A stretch of 63,465 bases of DNA, filler included, from Octopus bimaculoides (Eukaryota), in assembly GCF_001194135.2 (NCBI RefSeq). It is 5 parts of 5 records of this genome, joined end to end, with 100 filler letters (N's around TTAATTAATTAA, not from the genome) between each part and the next. Parts side by side here need not be neighbours in the genome. Positions count along the whole stretch, not along the records: positions 1 to 24,763 come from NC_068981.1; positions 24,864 to 40,964 come from NW_026303129.1; 3 more parts are not named here. The stretch is one strand, 5' to 3'. Numbering within the stretch: position 1 is the first letter of the stretch; every line of letters begins with the position of its first letter. Made by a program: the position numbers and the translations under genes. The notes below the pieces were generated by a model. The model did not search any database and had not been told where the DNA came from. It worked only from the letters and a program-made list of their open reading frames with translations. Below are positions 12,249 to 25,069 of this stretch, in pieces.

Positions 12249-13571
12249 AGAATAGAATAAACCCACACATAAACATGTTATCTCATATTCACAAGTGCAA
12301 TTTTCTGGCAGTTACTGAAAGTCATTTCGCGTGATTGATTAGCAAACTTAAATCCGGCCATGATGATTTTATCAGTAACATACTTCCCATACTCATCCCT
12401 GCGCACTACAAAACGCTGCAATACTAAAATGTCACTAAGAGGCGGTATGAGACTGAAAGTCTAGGAACACTAATGTATTTAAGAACGCGGTTGTATTTTT
12501 AAATGACTAGTGAGAAAATATGAAAGTCATTATGAAGGTTCGACTTGGACACTCAGGCGTGCGCGGGGAGGGATATGTGTGTGTATACATATATATGACT
12601 GTGTGCGTATGCGTGGGCATCTAAATAGATATGTGTGTGTGTGCGTGTATAAATATATGTGTACATATATGAATATGTACATATACGCGCGTGTGTATGT
12701 GTGTGTGTGTAAAGAGTGAGAGAAGAGGGTAGATAGATAGGAAGATAGGTACATAAATGTATGTACATGTGCTGTATATGTATGTATGGGGGTGTCAGTA
12801 TATCTACGCGCACACATATATCTACGTATATATGCGTAAGTGTGTACATATATCTACGTATATATGTGTGTAAGTGTGTGTATAATATAAACCTATATTA
12901 TAGGTGTGTGTACGTACGTACGTATGTATATATGTATATGCATGTATATGTATTTGTGTTTATATATGTATGTGTGCATATATATGTATTTGTGTAAGTA
13001 TATGTATGTATATGTATTTGTGGTAGTGGTGGGGACAGCGGTCAGTTTTTAAATGTTACTGTTAACATACAATCCACTTTAAACATGTAACATGATCTAA
13101 TCCGCTGTAACTGAACTGTCAGCCCCAGCAGGTTAACCTGGTGAGAATGGTTGCTAAAAATGCCAGTTAGACGAAAACGAGACCTATCAGAAGCCCATAT
13201 AGATAGAACACCAAATAGATATCAGCTTGGGTAAAAGGGAAACAACGTTTTGAACCATGAAGAATTTGTACCGGATTTTGGCAAGAGTTTTGAATTTTTT
13301 TAAACGTTTTGTTGAAATTGTCTGATAATGCAGATATAGGTTTGTCCCAATGCCTCAATAGATTAACATTGATATTCTTTCACCGTTGTTACAATCATCT
13401 CGACTTGTTCGTGTATGCTTGTGCGTTGTTCAAAAGGTTAGTAAGGATTATTGAAGAGTGTTTATTGTTAATTGTGTTTTTTGACATTTGTTTTTGCTGT
13501 CTTGTATCAGTTTTGTTAATGCTGTTCCCCTTATTTGAAGGGGCAGTGATGTTTTAAAAAAAACCCATGAA

Positions 13572-14762
13572 ATGACGAAATACGAGAACTTAAGCTCTTC
13601 AGAGTTCACTTCTTCGGAGGAGGAATTGAGAAAAGCCCTGGACAATGCAGACAGGAAGATGGATTTCGCAACGGTGGCCAGAAGCCACCAAAAACAAATT
13701 AATTTGGAAGAAATTAGTAGATATAAGGAGATACTAAGAAGGGACGGACACAATGTGAAGGTGTCTCGTCCTCAAGAACCAATACAGGGCGAAAAAGAAA
13801 AAATAATTGTTTACGGAACATTTTCGGTTAAAGAACAAGAAAATTGAGATAATGACGGTTGCACAAATTGAAAAGGCGTTAAAACCAATATGGAGAGAGA
13901 TTGTGTACCTCAACAGAGGCTGAAAGTTTGGAAGGCGTGCTTCCAGAGTAAGGGTACAAGACATACCCCCAGAAATAGACGTAGCCTGGCAAGTGGACGC
14001 TATCCTGCTGGGCTTGGAGGAGAAGGTGGTAGTCCTCCAAGCCCCTGCTCACAAGAATTGGCAGGGGCAAGGTCTCGCTATGACGATCCAGGCCGCCTCG
14101 GATGACCTAGAAAAAATGATACAAACAATTACGGTTGAGGACATAATACTGAGAGTTAGAGTGGCGAGCAGGATCCCTCGGTGCTATAAATGTTGCCAAA
14201 AGAGTCACATTAGGGTAGACTGTCCTCCACCACCGCAGAAATACAAGCCAAGCCCGTGAGGAGGAAGGAAGCCACACCTCCGCCTCCAGCAGTAACAGGT
14301 GCGGAAGCAGAGATAAGCAAAAATAAGGAAGAAGACAGATGGGAAAAAGTGGGGAGAAGGAGAAGGAAGAAGACACACTCTGTGAGTGATGAGCCCCACC
14401 CGACTCCCACTGAAGCCCACCCTTCCCCTGCAGACACCAATCCTCTCCCTGCCCCACCTGACACGGAAAAAACGAGCAAATGCACACAGGAGCCCCAAAT
14501 TTCCCAACCCCTGCCCTGTAAGGAAAGAAAGGAAAAAGAGAAGTACATCGTTTTTTACGATGAAGCAAATGCCAAACTTATAAATGAAATCCATCGTTGA
14601 GACAAGACAATATATGTGAGCACGTATCTTTGTGATGAGGTGCCCAGAAATTTGGGTTGTATTATAGTCGATCCTGTGTATGTGGAACGACTAAAGGAAT
14701 ATGAAGAGAACATTAAATACGTGGCAAAGAATATAGATACCAGTGAGATGCCCATAATTTAA
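13572..14762 (+). pseudogene. Disrupted non-LTR ORF1-like (gag-like) coding region with CCHC zinc knuckle
   Basis: CYKCCQKSHIRVDC (C-x2-C-x4-H-x4-C) at ~14186-14227. IMTVAQIEKALKPIWREIVYLNRG*KFG aligns by eye with the 34.4-kb relic. Contains stops and frameshifts. Confidence 0.7.
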
Positions 14763-14889
14763 ATTAAGATTTAAATTAAAACAAGACTTTGGTATAGACA
14801 TTTTACAATGTTTAACAGTTTTAAAATGTTTAAAAAAGAAAAAGTATGATTGTAAAGTTAAATGAAGACGTGCAGTCGAGCGTCATCAT

Positions 14890-16149
14890 TTCGTTACTTA
14901 TTTTATTTCATTTTTATTCATCTTTCCATCTGCTTTTATGTCCCCACTTTCATTGTACCGTGCTGTTTGTTTATGTACTGTCCCCTTTATATTTAGCCCC
15001 CTGTGGGCAATAAGAATTTCGTTGTTACAATCATCTGAAATGGAAATGTCAAAGTGCGGTATTCGAGCAATTTTGCTATTCAACTTCAAAAAAAGACGTA
15101 AAGCAGCTGAAACTGCTCGCGATATCAAAGAAACGTTTGGTGAGGAAATGACCAGTGAGTGGTCAGCTCGAAAATGGTCTAAACGACTTCACGGTGGAGA
15201 CCTGTGCCTTGAAGATCGTGAGCGTAGTGGACGCCCATCTTTCATCGATGACGGTCAATTAAAGACCGTCATTGAGAAAGAACAACGTAAAACCACTCGA
15301 GAATTGGCAAAAGAACTTCAAGTTAGCCAGAAAACTGCTTGCAACCATTTGCATGTGATCGTAAAATGAAAAAAGTTCGACAAATATGTACCACACGACT
15401 TGAATGAAAATCAGAAAATGCGCGAATACGAAATTTGCTCGGCGCTTCTTCTCTGTAACCAGACCAATCCATTTCTCGACCGTGTTGTAACTTGTGATGG
15501 AAAGTAGATTCTGTACAATAATGAAAAAAACGTTCTTCGCAGTGGTTGGACCAAAATGAAGCACCGAAAACCTTTCCTAAACCTATGCTCTTCAAAAGGA
15601 AGGTTACGGTGACTGTTTGGCAGTGTACTGCTTGACTCATCCGCTATAAGTTCTAAAAACCCGGAAAAACCATTATTGCATAAATATATTGCCTTGAAAT
15701 TGCCAAAAATGAACGAAAAACTGCTACTCCTCCGTCCCAGACTGGTCAACAGAAGAAGGCTAATCATTCTTCATGACAATGCTCGACCACACGTTTCACT
15801 AACGACGCTCCAGAAGTTGAGGGAAGTTGGCTACGAAGTTCTTCGCCACCCAGCTTATTCCTCAGACTTTTCTCCTACCGACTACCACTTTTCCAAGCAC
15901 TTTGATGGTTTCCCGCGAGAGAAGGAGTTTGAAAATCAAACCGATGCTGAAAGTGCGTCCAAAGAGTTCATCAGCTCCAGAACTCCAGATTTTTTTGTTT
16001 TACCAGAATAAACAAACTTGTAGCACGTTGACAAAAATGTGTTGATTGTAATGGTACTTACTTTAATGAATAAAATTTCCGCATTGTCGAAATATATTGT
16101 GATAAATTTCATATTTCAAAACGTTGCTTACTTTTTACTCATCCTGATA
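14890..16149 (+). mobile_element. Decayed mariner (DD34D) transposon
   Basis: HTH region IRAILLFNFKK...EDRERSGRP; YVPHDL (WVPHEL); TCDGK (TCDEKW); LHDNARPH; PAYSSDFSPTDYHF. Right TIR-like cgttgcttactttttactcatcctgata at 16122-16149; left TIR not seen. Multiple stops and frameshifts. Confidence 0.9.
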
Positions 16150-16572
16150 GAACACAATATAGATAGAAACATCAACTATCTTGTAACAGTGCGATAGCAT
16201 AAAAATACACGAGATGGTGGAAGAATGCAAAAGCAAATTCATAAGTCAAATACCAAAGCATAGAAAGCAAATGCAACATTCGATGCACATTACTGTTTAT
16301 TATTCCTTTATGCATGCACAGGATTTCCCGCTATGCCAGAGTAGCATACACCAGCTATGATATCGAGCTGTTGTTTACTACGGACAATGACATCTTCATG
16401 AAAGGGCGCGACCTGAAAATTCATTATATTACAATTTAGTTCAAAATAATGCAACCAATAATACACTACAATGTAATATTATAATTATAATACTGCGAGA
16501 CAGATGTCAAAGGTTGTGTTACGTACAAATAAATCAATACTAGCACTGAATGTAAAATAAAGAACACGAATC

Positions 16573-17160
16573 GGATCTATTTTAAAACGGGGGCCACATT
16601 TTTCATTAATGTTTTACGTAGTGTTTTTGGTACGGAAAGACTTTCAAACTTCGTATACTTATCTATTTTGTGTTATAGAACATAAAAATATTTTTGTATT
16701 CGAATTTATTTCATGTAAAAAATTGTCTTATTTCGATAATTTCAACCAATCACTGACAAGTATTCAGTTGTTTACATTTACTCCTTTGGCTGATTAAGCG
16801 ATGTAAAGCGTATTTAATCTCCATACCTTCGTTTTATTTGCTTTTTTCATTTTAAATTTGCTTTAACCTTAACCCTAACCCTAACCCTAGGGTTAGGGTT
16901 AGGGTTAAGGTTAGGGTTAGGGTTAATTGTTTCAGAATCATTTGTTTATGTAGTCGGCACTTAATGTATATCGGCTGACGTCAGTGATTGATTGAAATTA
17001 CAGAAATACGACAACTTTAGCATGGAATAACTTATGGATTTCTTTTTTTTTTAAGAAGACTAAGAAAAAAAGATGTTTTATATGACACATTCTACCAGTG
17101 TTCCAAATTTCAAAGTGTTTCGTTAATGAAAAATGTGACCCCCGTTTTAAAAAAAGATCC
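16573..17160. mobile_element. 588-bp MITE with ~39-bp TIRs starting GGATC and an 8-bp TSD (Merlin-like)
   Basis: TIRs GGATCTATTTTAAAACGGGGGCCACATTTTTCATTAATG and (rc) GGATCTTTTTTTAAAACGGGGGTCACATTTTTCATTAACG. TSD cacgaatc at 16565-16572 and 17161-17168. Confidence 0.85.
16864..16926. repeat. Interstitial telomeric repeat palindrome (CCCTAA)n-(TTAGGG)n
   Basis: Perfect 25-bp arms at 16864-16888 and 16889-16913, followed by two more TTAGGG units. Confidence 0.95.
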
Positions 17161-17764
17161 CACGAATCCTGATAGAGAGTGTAAGTTACAATACCCAGAG
17201 ATCAGAATGTAAGTGTTTAGTATACATAACGTTGGCATTCCGGAATACGCCATCTCAGGGTGCATAATACAAAAGCAAATAGTAACTATAGTAACTAGAA
17301 TAATCCAAGTATAAAATATTCTGTTATTCTTGTGTTACACTAGAGACGCGCTGGTAGGAGGTGGCGGCGTTGGCATGATCATACACTTCTTGATCGCCAT
17401 CACCACCACCGACGTAGTGGATATCCATAAAGAATAGGGGATGTAACATGTGGACATTTCTGTTCAAACATTCCAGTCAATCCAGGTTATTCGTTGGGTG
17501 AGCAGTACATAGAGTTTTAGTAGTTTAGTGGTGTATGCCGGGTTTACGAAGAGGATATAGAATTTCGTGCACCTTGTGCATCTGACTAGAATTAGACGAT
17601 TGGATTGGTGGTAGAAGCCTACGAATCACGCTGACGCGATTCTTATAGCTCTATACACGAAATCCGTGCGCAATAATGTAAGTTCGGATGGATGGATGGA
17701 TGGATGGATGGATGGATGGATGGTATTCCATCTAATGACTCAGCTCAGAAGGCTGTAATGTTAT

Positions 17765-18379
17765 TGTGGTAGGAACCCGGTAAAGAAATGCATGGAACAA
17801 AGGTGATAAATTTAAATACGTTTATTGTGGTCACACGTATATATATATAGAAGCTGAATGGAAGTGGTTGATGGACGTTTGTTCATATATCTACATGTAT
17901 CTGCGTGGGTTGTATGTTAGCTGTTAACCCTGGTGGGAAGCTCACGAACAGCGATGTGTTAGAACCAGTGCAATGTGTTGGTACTGTGTAGATGTTGTTG
18001 ACGACGTTGGTGAGAGACATCATGATGGCGACGAAGATGTCGTTGTAATGTGGTCAGTGGTTAGAACTTAGAAAGTCGGGAACCAACTGACGCCAAGCCT
18101 AGGAAGAGGTGAGCTTTTATAGCTGACGGGTAGGCTAAAATGTTTGCTTGGAACAGACTGTCTCACGTGACTTATTTGAAAGCTGTGATTGGTTGGGTTG
18201 GGTTGGGTTGGGTTGCATATTGGAGCGCGATAGAATATGAGACAAACTGCGCCAATACCAACCAATTGGAGTGGTAGACTCAACGGGGTCCAAAACAGCG
18301 CCCAAAGGTTAGTTGTTACCTGCTACGTTCGTATGTCTGTTATATAATAGAGAGACAAAACTCACTAGAGTTCGCTACA
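17765..18379 (-). mobile_element. Candidate solo LTR
   Basis: On the minus strand it begins TGTAGCGAAC and ends CCTACCACA, with AATAAA near the end. No second copy or clear TSD found. Confidence 0.3.
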
Positions 18380-19136
18380 GACAGCCCCATCACAAGTCAT
18401 TTTGTGGGAGATAAAATAGACGATAAAAGAAAGATATTTCTGTAGCGAAGAGGTGAAATAGGTCGCGTAGCCATTAAAACTTGACGTGCAAACGTGATGG
18501 ACCTACGTCCAGCTAAGTAGAAATCACGGGAATGCGAAAAATCAAGGTAACTGAGAGAATATGGGCTGTTGTGAGAGTAGGCTTTGCCAAGAATTTGCCT
18601 GCAAATCTGAATCGTTTGCAGAGGCAAAAGCTTTAGGTGCTGGAAAAGCGACAGTGACTAGCGAAGAGAGTCAAGTCATAAAGATGGCGGCAAAAGAAGG
18701 AAGTTCCAACATGCAAGAGACTTAGTATTGATCAGGCACCAAAGGAAGAAAATGCATGGAACGCTACGTGATGCAAAGAAAAAACTGCGTTTATAAGAGG
18801 TGATTTGTGCGTCCTACAAACCAGAGAAGAAACGCATGGCAAAAACACGTAAGGAGCTTTTTGCCGGATGAGAAAAGGCTTGAGAAAAGCATTCTGCTAG
18901 AATAAACCTAAAAATGTGTCGGAGTGGATAGCATGTGGCAGACATGTAAAATAAAATATGAACAAAACATTTAACAATCACAAGAGGAACAACAAGGAAA
19001 AACGTTCAGCAAAGAAAGGTGTCCATCAAATAGAACAAAGCATATATGTACAATGATACAGAAAGAGACAAAATATGAATGCAGTGTCTATAGCAACATA
19101 AGTCTATTCTCCAGAACAGTCACTGGCGAGGCAAAG

Positions 19137-19620
19137 TTAAATAATGTAAATAGTCTGAGACAATTTCTTCGGCCTATGAACCAATCTGCCAGAACGTGTC
19201 CTGTAAGGTGAATAATGTGTTGTGTAGTTGGTGTTTTGGTGAGTGGAGGTGGTGCTTGTGTGGGTGGCGGTGTTTGTGGAATGCTGGTGTGTCAGCAAGT
19301 GGCATAAATGTTTCGGAAAAGGCTTTTTTTCTCTGTCGATAGAGATAGTCTCTTTTTTTCCGTGAATGTCCACAGGGAACAGTTTCGGTGTGCTTTTTAA
19401 GAACGCGATAGGGTCCAGTGTAGGGAGGTGTGAGCGGTCCCTTGACGGCATCATTTCTTACAAACACGTGAATCCAGGTAGAAATATCCAGAGGTACTGT
19501 AGAAGAAATAGACTGGTCACGAGGAAGCATTGGTGGCAGGTCAGCAAAGAATGACCTGAGTCGCGCGACCTAAGATGTGGGGTCCGCATTCGGTAATTCG
19601 ACGGGCGTGTAGTGTGTGCT
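19137..19620 (-). pseudogene. Ty3/Gypsy integrase C-terminal (GPY/F) remnant
   Basis: HVFVRNDAVKGPLTPPYTGPYRVL, then (shifted frame) FPVDIHGKKETISIDR and RTRSGRLVHRP. Confidence 0.8.
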
Positions 19621-19679
19621 GTGTCATCTCACCATTTCAGTAGGTTCAGTGGTCATCTCACCATTTCAGTAGGTTTATT

Positions 19680-19880
19680 TACTATCCTCATTCCATGCTG
19701 ACATGAGTTAGACAGTTTGACAGGATTCAGTGAGCTGCAAGGCCACATTATGCACCAATATCAGCTTTGGCATGGTTTCTATGGCTGGATGCCCTTCCTA
19801 ATACCAACCACATTACAGAGTGGGGGTGTGCTTTTTGATGCCACTGGTAATTGTCAAGTCACCATATGGACTTGTAAGAC
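19680..19880 (-). mobile_element. SINE/LINE-tail repeat family E
   Basis: Reverse match to 55560-55770 (ggcattaggaagggcatcc block). Confidence 0.6.
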
Positions 19881-20536
19881 AGAAAAAGTACAGGCAAATA
19901 GAAAAAGGAAAAAGCTCTCACTATTAAGGAAGGGAGTATTTGAGAGGAGAGGTGAAGATGGAAGGCTTTATGCCAGGATGTAGGAAGGCTAAAGTTTAAC
20001 AGAGGGAAATAAATGACTGAAGAAGATAAAAGGAGGTAGTGATAGGGTACTAGAGCAAACTCTCAATGTACAAGAAGGTGAGCATAAGAGATAACACAGA
20101 CAGCTAGTCATAAGAAGAGATGAGAGAGAGGTTATTTTCATAAAATGTCGGTGGGGTGTAACAGATAGTTAAAGATATGAGTAGATGTGAATGTAGTGAG
20201 TGACGAGCGAGGGTGGATGAGCAACTGAAGGCAAAAACCACTATCGTGAAGAGTAAGGTGATAAGGCGAGGGACATAGGAGTGGGTGAGGAAGGAAAATA
20301 GATCAGCAAGTTGTGGGATGACATAGAGAGTGTAGGAGCAGTGGAGAGGGTGATATGGAGGAACATAAGGGGGCTATAGTAAGTGGGGTATATTGATAAA
20401 TATGAAAGAGCATTGAGATTAATAGCAAATAAGTGTTAAAAATGGAGTACAGCAGAGGGAAGCGAGCAATAGCTGAATGAACAGCAAGGAAGTGATAGGT
20501 GGGAATAGTGTGGGCAGAGATGGCAATAAGGATGGA

Positions 20537-20590
<54 letters not shown>

Positions 20591-21119
20591 AGGAAATGAC
20601 CTGAAGGAAGGGGAAGTAATATGTGCCAGTACTACTCTCAGATGATAACAGCAATTGAGTAGTACCATAGATGGAGGAAGTGGTGGGTGTTAGATGAAAA
20701 TCAGAGGAAATGCTTGATGTGTCAGATATAGTGGGGTCAGGGCCCCTATACGTAGTAGCATAACTGATACATACATATATACATACATATGTACACACAT
20801 ACATATATACATGTACATATAAATGTGTGTGTGTGTGTGTGTGTGTAGAAGAAGAAGAAATGAAGATGAAATGCACAGATAATATGTTAAAATTAATTAG
20901 AATTTAATTATATTTAAAATATAGGAATACACTTTACCAGTTTCACATTAGATTTTCAAAAGTGTAGAGTATATGGGGCTGTCTCACAAATGAAGTCTAT
21001 TCTGACCATTGTTATAAAAATAATTTGCTTTCAAAGTAACAATTTGGTTTAGAATGCTATCCATTAACATCGCTGTCATCTGTCTCGTTTACTCCACACC
21101 TTCTTATCTTACCCTACAC

Positions 21120-21848
21120 CTGTGGTTCCCAACCTTTTCACTATCAAGGACCACTTTTATTCAAATGAGTTTTTCCCTACGGACCCCTTTTAATATGCTT
21201 ATCCTCATGTGTGTATATATATATATATATATATAAATTTGAAGAAAAGCAACAAAAATGTATTAGGTTATAGCAGTACGTACGTTTCGTACAAGCTTCA
21301 TTTATTTATGTAGTGAGAACACCACATAAGATTTGCAATGAAATTGTACTCCTCAGCTGCATAATGGAAGTTCATTTCAGAAAGCCGTTTTGTAAATGCG
21401 TGCAAATACATGAGTGTGTAAATGCGTGTAAATACATGTGTGTAAATACTCATGTAAATACATGAGTATTTACACACATTTACAAAACGGCTTTCTGAAA
21501 TGAACTTCCATTATGCAGCTGAGGAGTACAATTTCATTGCAAATCGTATGTGGTGTTCTCACTACATAAATAAATGAAGCTTGTACGAAACGTACGTACT
21601 GCTATAACCTAATACATTTTTGTTGCTTTTCTTCAAATTTAATTCACCAAATCTCATGATTTTGCTTTTGGATTTTACCCTACCAAATTCTGGTGCCACA
21701 AACATTTTAAGTACCACATTCAATTTTTTGATTAAATCTATCTATCTATATATATATATATATATGAAATTTTGAATTTAGTTCACAGACCTCCAGTACT
21801 ACCTTTGTAGAACACCAGGGGTCCGCGGACCACAGGCTGGAACCACTG
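21120..21848. mobile_element. hAT (Charlie-like) MITE with 8-bp TSD
   Basis: Ends ctgtggttcccaacct and aggctggaaccactg (CAGTGGTTCC type); subterminal ggggtccgcggacc. TSD ccctacac at 21112-21119 and 21849-21856. Confidence 0.85.
21234..21641. repeat. Long near-perfect inverted repeat (165-bp arms) inside the hAT MITE
   Basis: 21234-21398 against 21477-21641, one mismatch seen. Inner 21-bp hairpin at 21436-21479 with a 2-nt loop. Confidence 0.95.
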
Positions 21849-23675
21849 CCCTACACCTTGTAAACAAAGAAGGGGCATCTTTTAATATGTTAATAAGAGT
21901 GATCTAGCACTAACTGGCAACATTATTTCTTCAACAGAATAATACACAATAATTACCTATAACATTTTTATGCTAACAATTATTACATCACTTATTCATA
22001 TCTCTCTTTTCTAACTGTCATATGACATATTCCGTGGAGAAAAGCTTTTATGTGACCTTCTCATGTGACTATTACGTAAGCTGAATACATGAACAAGCTA
22101 ATCAATTTGTAAGTTAAGAATAAACTATTTTATAACAACGACCAGAATAGACATAAATTGCGACACAAATCCATACACTATACACTTTCGAAAACCGGTC
22201 AAGTGCATTCCGACGTTTTAAAATATAATTGAACTCTAATTAATTTTAATATATTCTCAATGCATTTCAACTTCATTTCTTCTATTCCTATACTAGTTTG
22301 AATTTATAACTTTATATNNNNNNNNNNNNNNNNNNNNNNNNNNNNNNNNNNNNNNNNNNNNNNNNNNNNNNNNNNNNNNNNNNNNNNNNNNNNNNNNNNN
22401 NNNNNNNNNNNNNNNNNNNNNNNNNNNNNNNNNNNNNNNNNNNNNNNNNNNNNNNNNNNNNNNNNNNNNNNNNNNNNNNNNNNNNNNNNNNNNNNNNNNN
22501 NNNNNNNNNNNNNNNNNNNNNNNNNNNNNNNNNNNNNNNNNNNNNNNNNNNNNNNNNNNNNNNNNNNNNNNNNNNNNNNNNNNNNNNNNNNNNNNNNNNN
22601 NNNNNNNNNNNNNNNNNNNNNNNNNNNNNNNNNNNNNNNNNNNNNNNNNNNNNNNNNNNNNNNNNNNNNNNNNNNNNNNNNNNNNNNNNNNNNNNNNNNN
22701 NNNNNNNNNNNNNNNNNNNNNNNNNNNNNNNNNNNNNNNNNNNNNNNNNNNNNNNNNNNNNNNNNNNNNNNNNNNNNNNNNNNNNNNNNNNNNNNNNNNN
22801 NNNNNNNNNNNNNNNNNNNNNNNNNNNNNNNNNNNNNNNNNNNNNNNNNNNNNNNNNNNNNNNNNNNNNNNNNNNNNNNNNNNNNNNNNNNNNNNNNNNN
22901 NNNNNNNNNNNNNNNNNNNNNNNNNNNNNNNNNNNNNNNNNNNNNNNNNNNNNNNNNNNNNNATTCAGGGACAATGCAACCTATAGTCAGCGCATTAGCA
23001 AAGAATCATATTTTATCGCAAAATATAAACCTCTTTTGAAGGATTCCACCAAAGATGACACTACTACAAGTATCTTAGAATAATACCCACGTAAATATTA
23101 AAAACGATATATTCAGAACAGTCACTTCCCACATATTTATTCAGAACAATTCCAATCATTACAGCTACAACCACAACAGGCCACTATTAGGTCTCTTGAC
23201 CATTGAAGCCCACGAACAGTATACTACTGTCATACCACTCTCGTCTTTTACTTCTTTCTTTTCTTTACCTACTCATTCTTCTTTTCTTCCACATCTTCTT
23301 CGGCTGTTGCTGCTGCTGCAGCTTAAACAATCAAAATCTAGAACCAACATCCCTCATATTAACTTTTTCTTCAGATCTGCTATTACCTACCGAGCTTTCA
23401 CAAAAATAAAAGAGAGAGAGATACAGAAAAAACGGAAAATGTACTCCTTCAAGACTATGGAAATATTTAAAATAAAAAACATTTCATTTACTTTTTCCGC
23501 AATTTAATTGTTTTTCTTTATTTATTCTAAGCTGAAAAAGTCCAAAAGACTGAAACCGGTACTAAAATGTTCATGATAAAATTGTTTTAGCATTTTCTAC
23601 CTTGTCTTATTTTCCTTATACATATCAACTCGTGTGTTACTTTTCAACATTCTACATATATATATATTACTACTA

Positions 23676-24038
23676 CGGCACTCCGTCGGTTACGACGACG
23701 AGGGTTCTAGTTGATCCAATCAACGGAACAGCCTGCTCGTGAAATGAACGTGCAAGTGGCTGAGCACTCCACAGACACGTGTACCCTTAGCGTAGTTCTC
23801 GGGGAGATTTAGCGTGACATGGAGTGTGGAAAGACTGGCCCTTTGAAATACTGGTACAACAGAAACAGGAAGAAAGAGTGAGAGAAAGTTGTGGTGAAAG
23901 AGTACAGCAAGGTTCGCGACGACTCCCTGCCGGAGCCTCGTGGAGCTTTAAGTGTTTTCGCTCGATAAACAACCACAACGTCCGAACTGGGAATCGAAAC
24001 TGTGAGTCCGCTGCCCTAACCACTGGGCCATTGCACTT

Positions 24039-24040
<2 letters not shown>
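23676..24040 (-). mobile_element. Family A SINE
   Basis: High identity to 452-830. Confidence 0.85.
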
Positions 24041-24087
<47 letters not shown>

Positions 24088-25000
24088 CAGCAACAGCATT
24101 TAGCATCCATTTTCCATGCTGAGATGGGTTAGACAGTTTGACTGAGACTTCTAAGCCAGAGAGCTGTACCAGGTAGAAAATGCTAGGCTGATTTTATCTG
24201 ATTTGACTTAGTTCCTATGGTTGGTTGTTCTTTCAAATTCCAAACACTCCAGAGTGCAGTGGGTGTTTTTTTTTACGTGTCACCGACACTGGCTATGACT
24301 ACAATGTCACTTGACTATATTTCAGAGACATACTTGCCTGGTGAGTGATTTAATCTGAAACCATGTGTTGAAACATAAACAATTACGAAAGACATGTATT
24401 AGACATTCAAAATCACGCAAAATCATTTACATTTTTTAAATATTTATTATTTGACTGAGACTGCTAAGCTGGAGAGCTGTACCAGGCTCCTTTCTGATTT
24501 GGCTTGGTTTCTACGGTTGGATACCATGATGTCAAAATTCCTACTGCACCAACTATGATCTAGTCACTGATATGGCTCCACTGCAACTCAAACGAAAAGT
24601 TTGACATCAAATAATAAATGTTTAAGCGAAGTTAACAGTTTTTGTGTGATTTTGAATGGCTAATATGTATCTTCCAAACTATTGGTATTGAATTAAAAAA
24701 TAATAATTGATGTAAATCAATTGTTGTTGATCAATATTTCTCCAATTTTCTGTATACTTTACCNNNNNNNNNNNNNNNNNNNNNNNNNNNNNNNNNNNNN
24801 NNNNNNNTTAATTAATTAANNNNNNNNNNNNNNNNNNNNNNNNNNNNNNNNNNNNNNNNNNNNTAAAAGGCTTTTCCATTTTTCGCGAACGTTAAACTAA
24901 TACACTTGCTTGTTGTTCCTACACCTGTCATCGTCTTTTGTTTTCTATATATTTGAACTATATGTATATATAAATACATACACGCATGAAGATATGCAGT

Positions 25001-25069
<69 letters not shown>

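Noticed and set aside
16864-16926. Ancient telomere-telomere fusion site
   Set aside because: The order is CCCTAA then TTAGGG (opposite to a fusion), and it sits inside a TSD-flanked MITE.
24808-24819. TTAATTAATTAA islands inside N runs (also 41009-41020, 56945-56956, 61170-61181)
   Set aside because: An identical palindromic 12-mer with stops in all six frames, centred in gaps: an assembly spacer, not biology.
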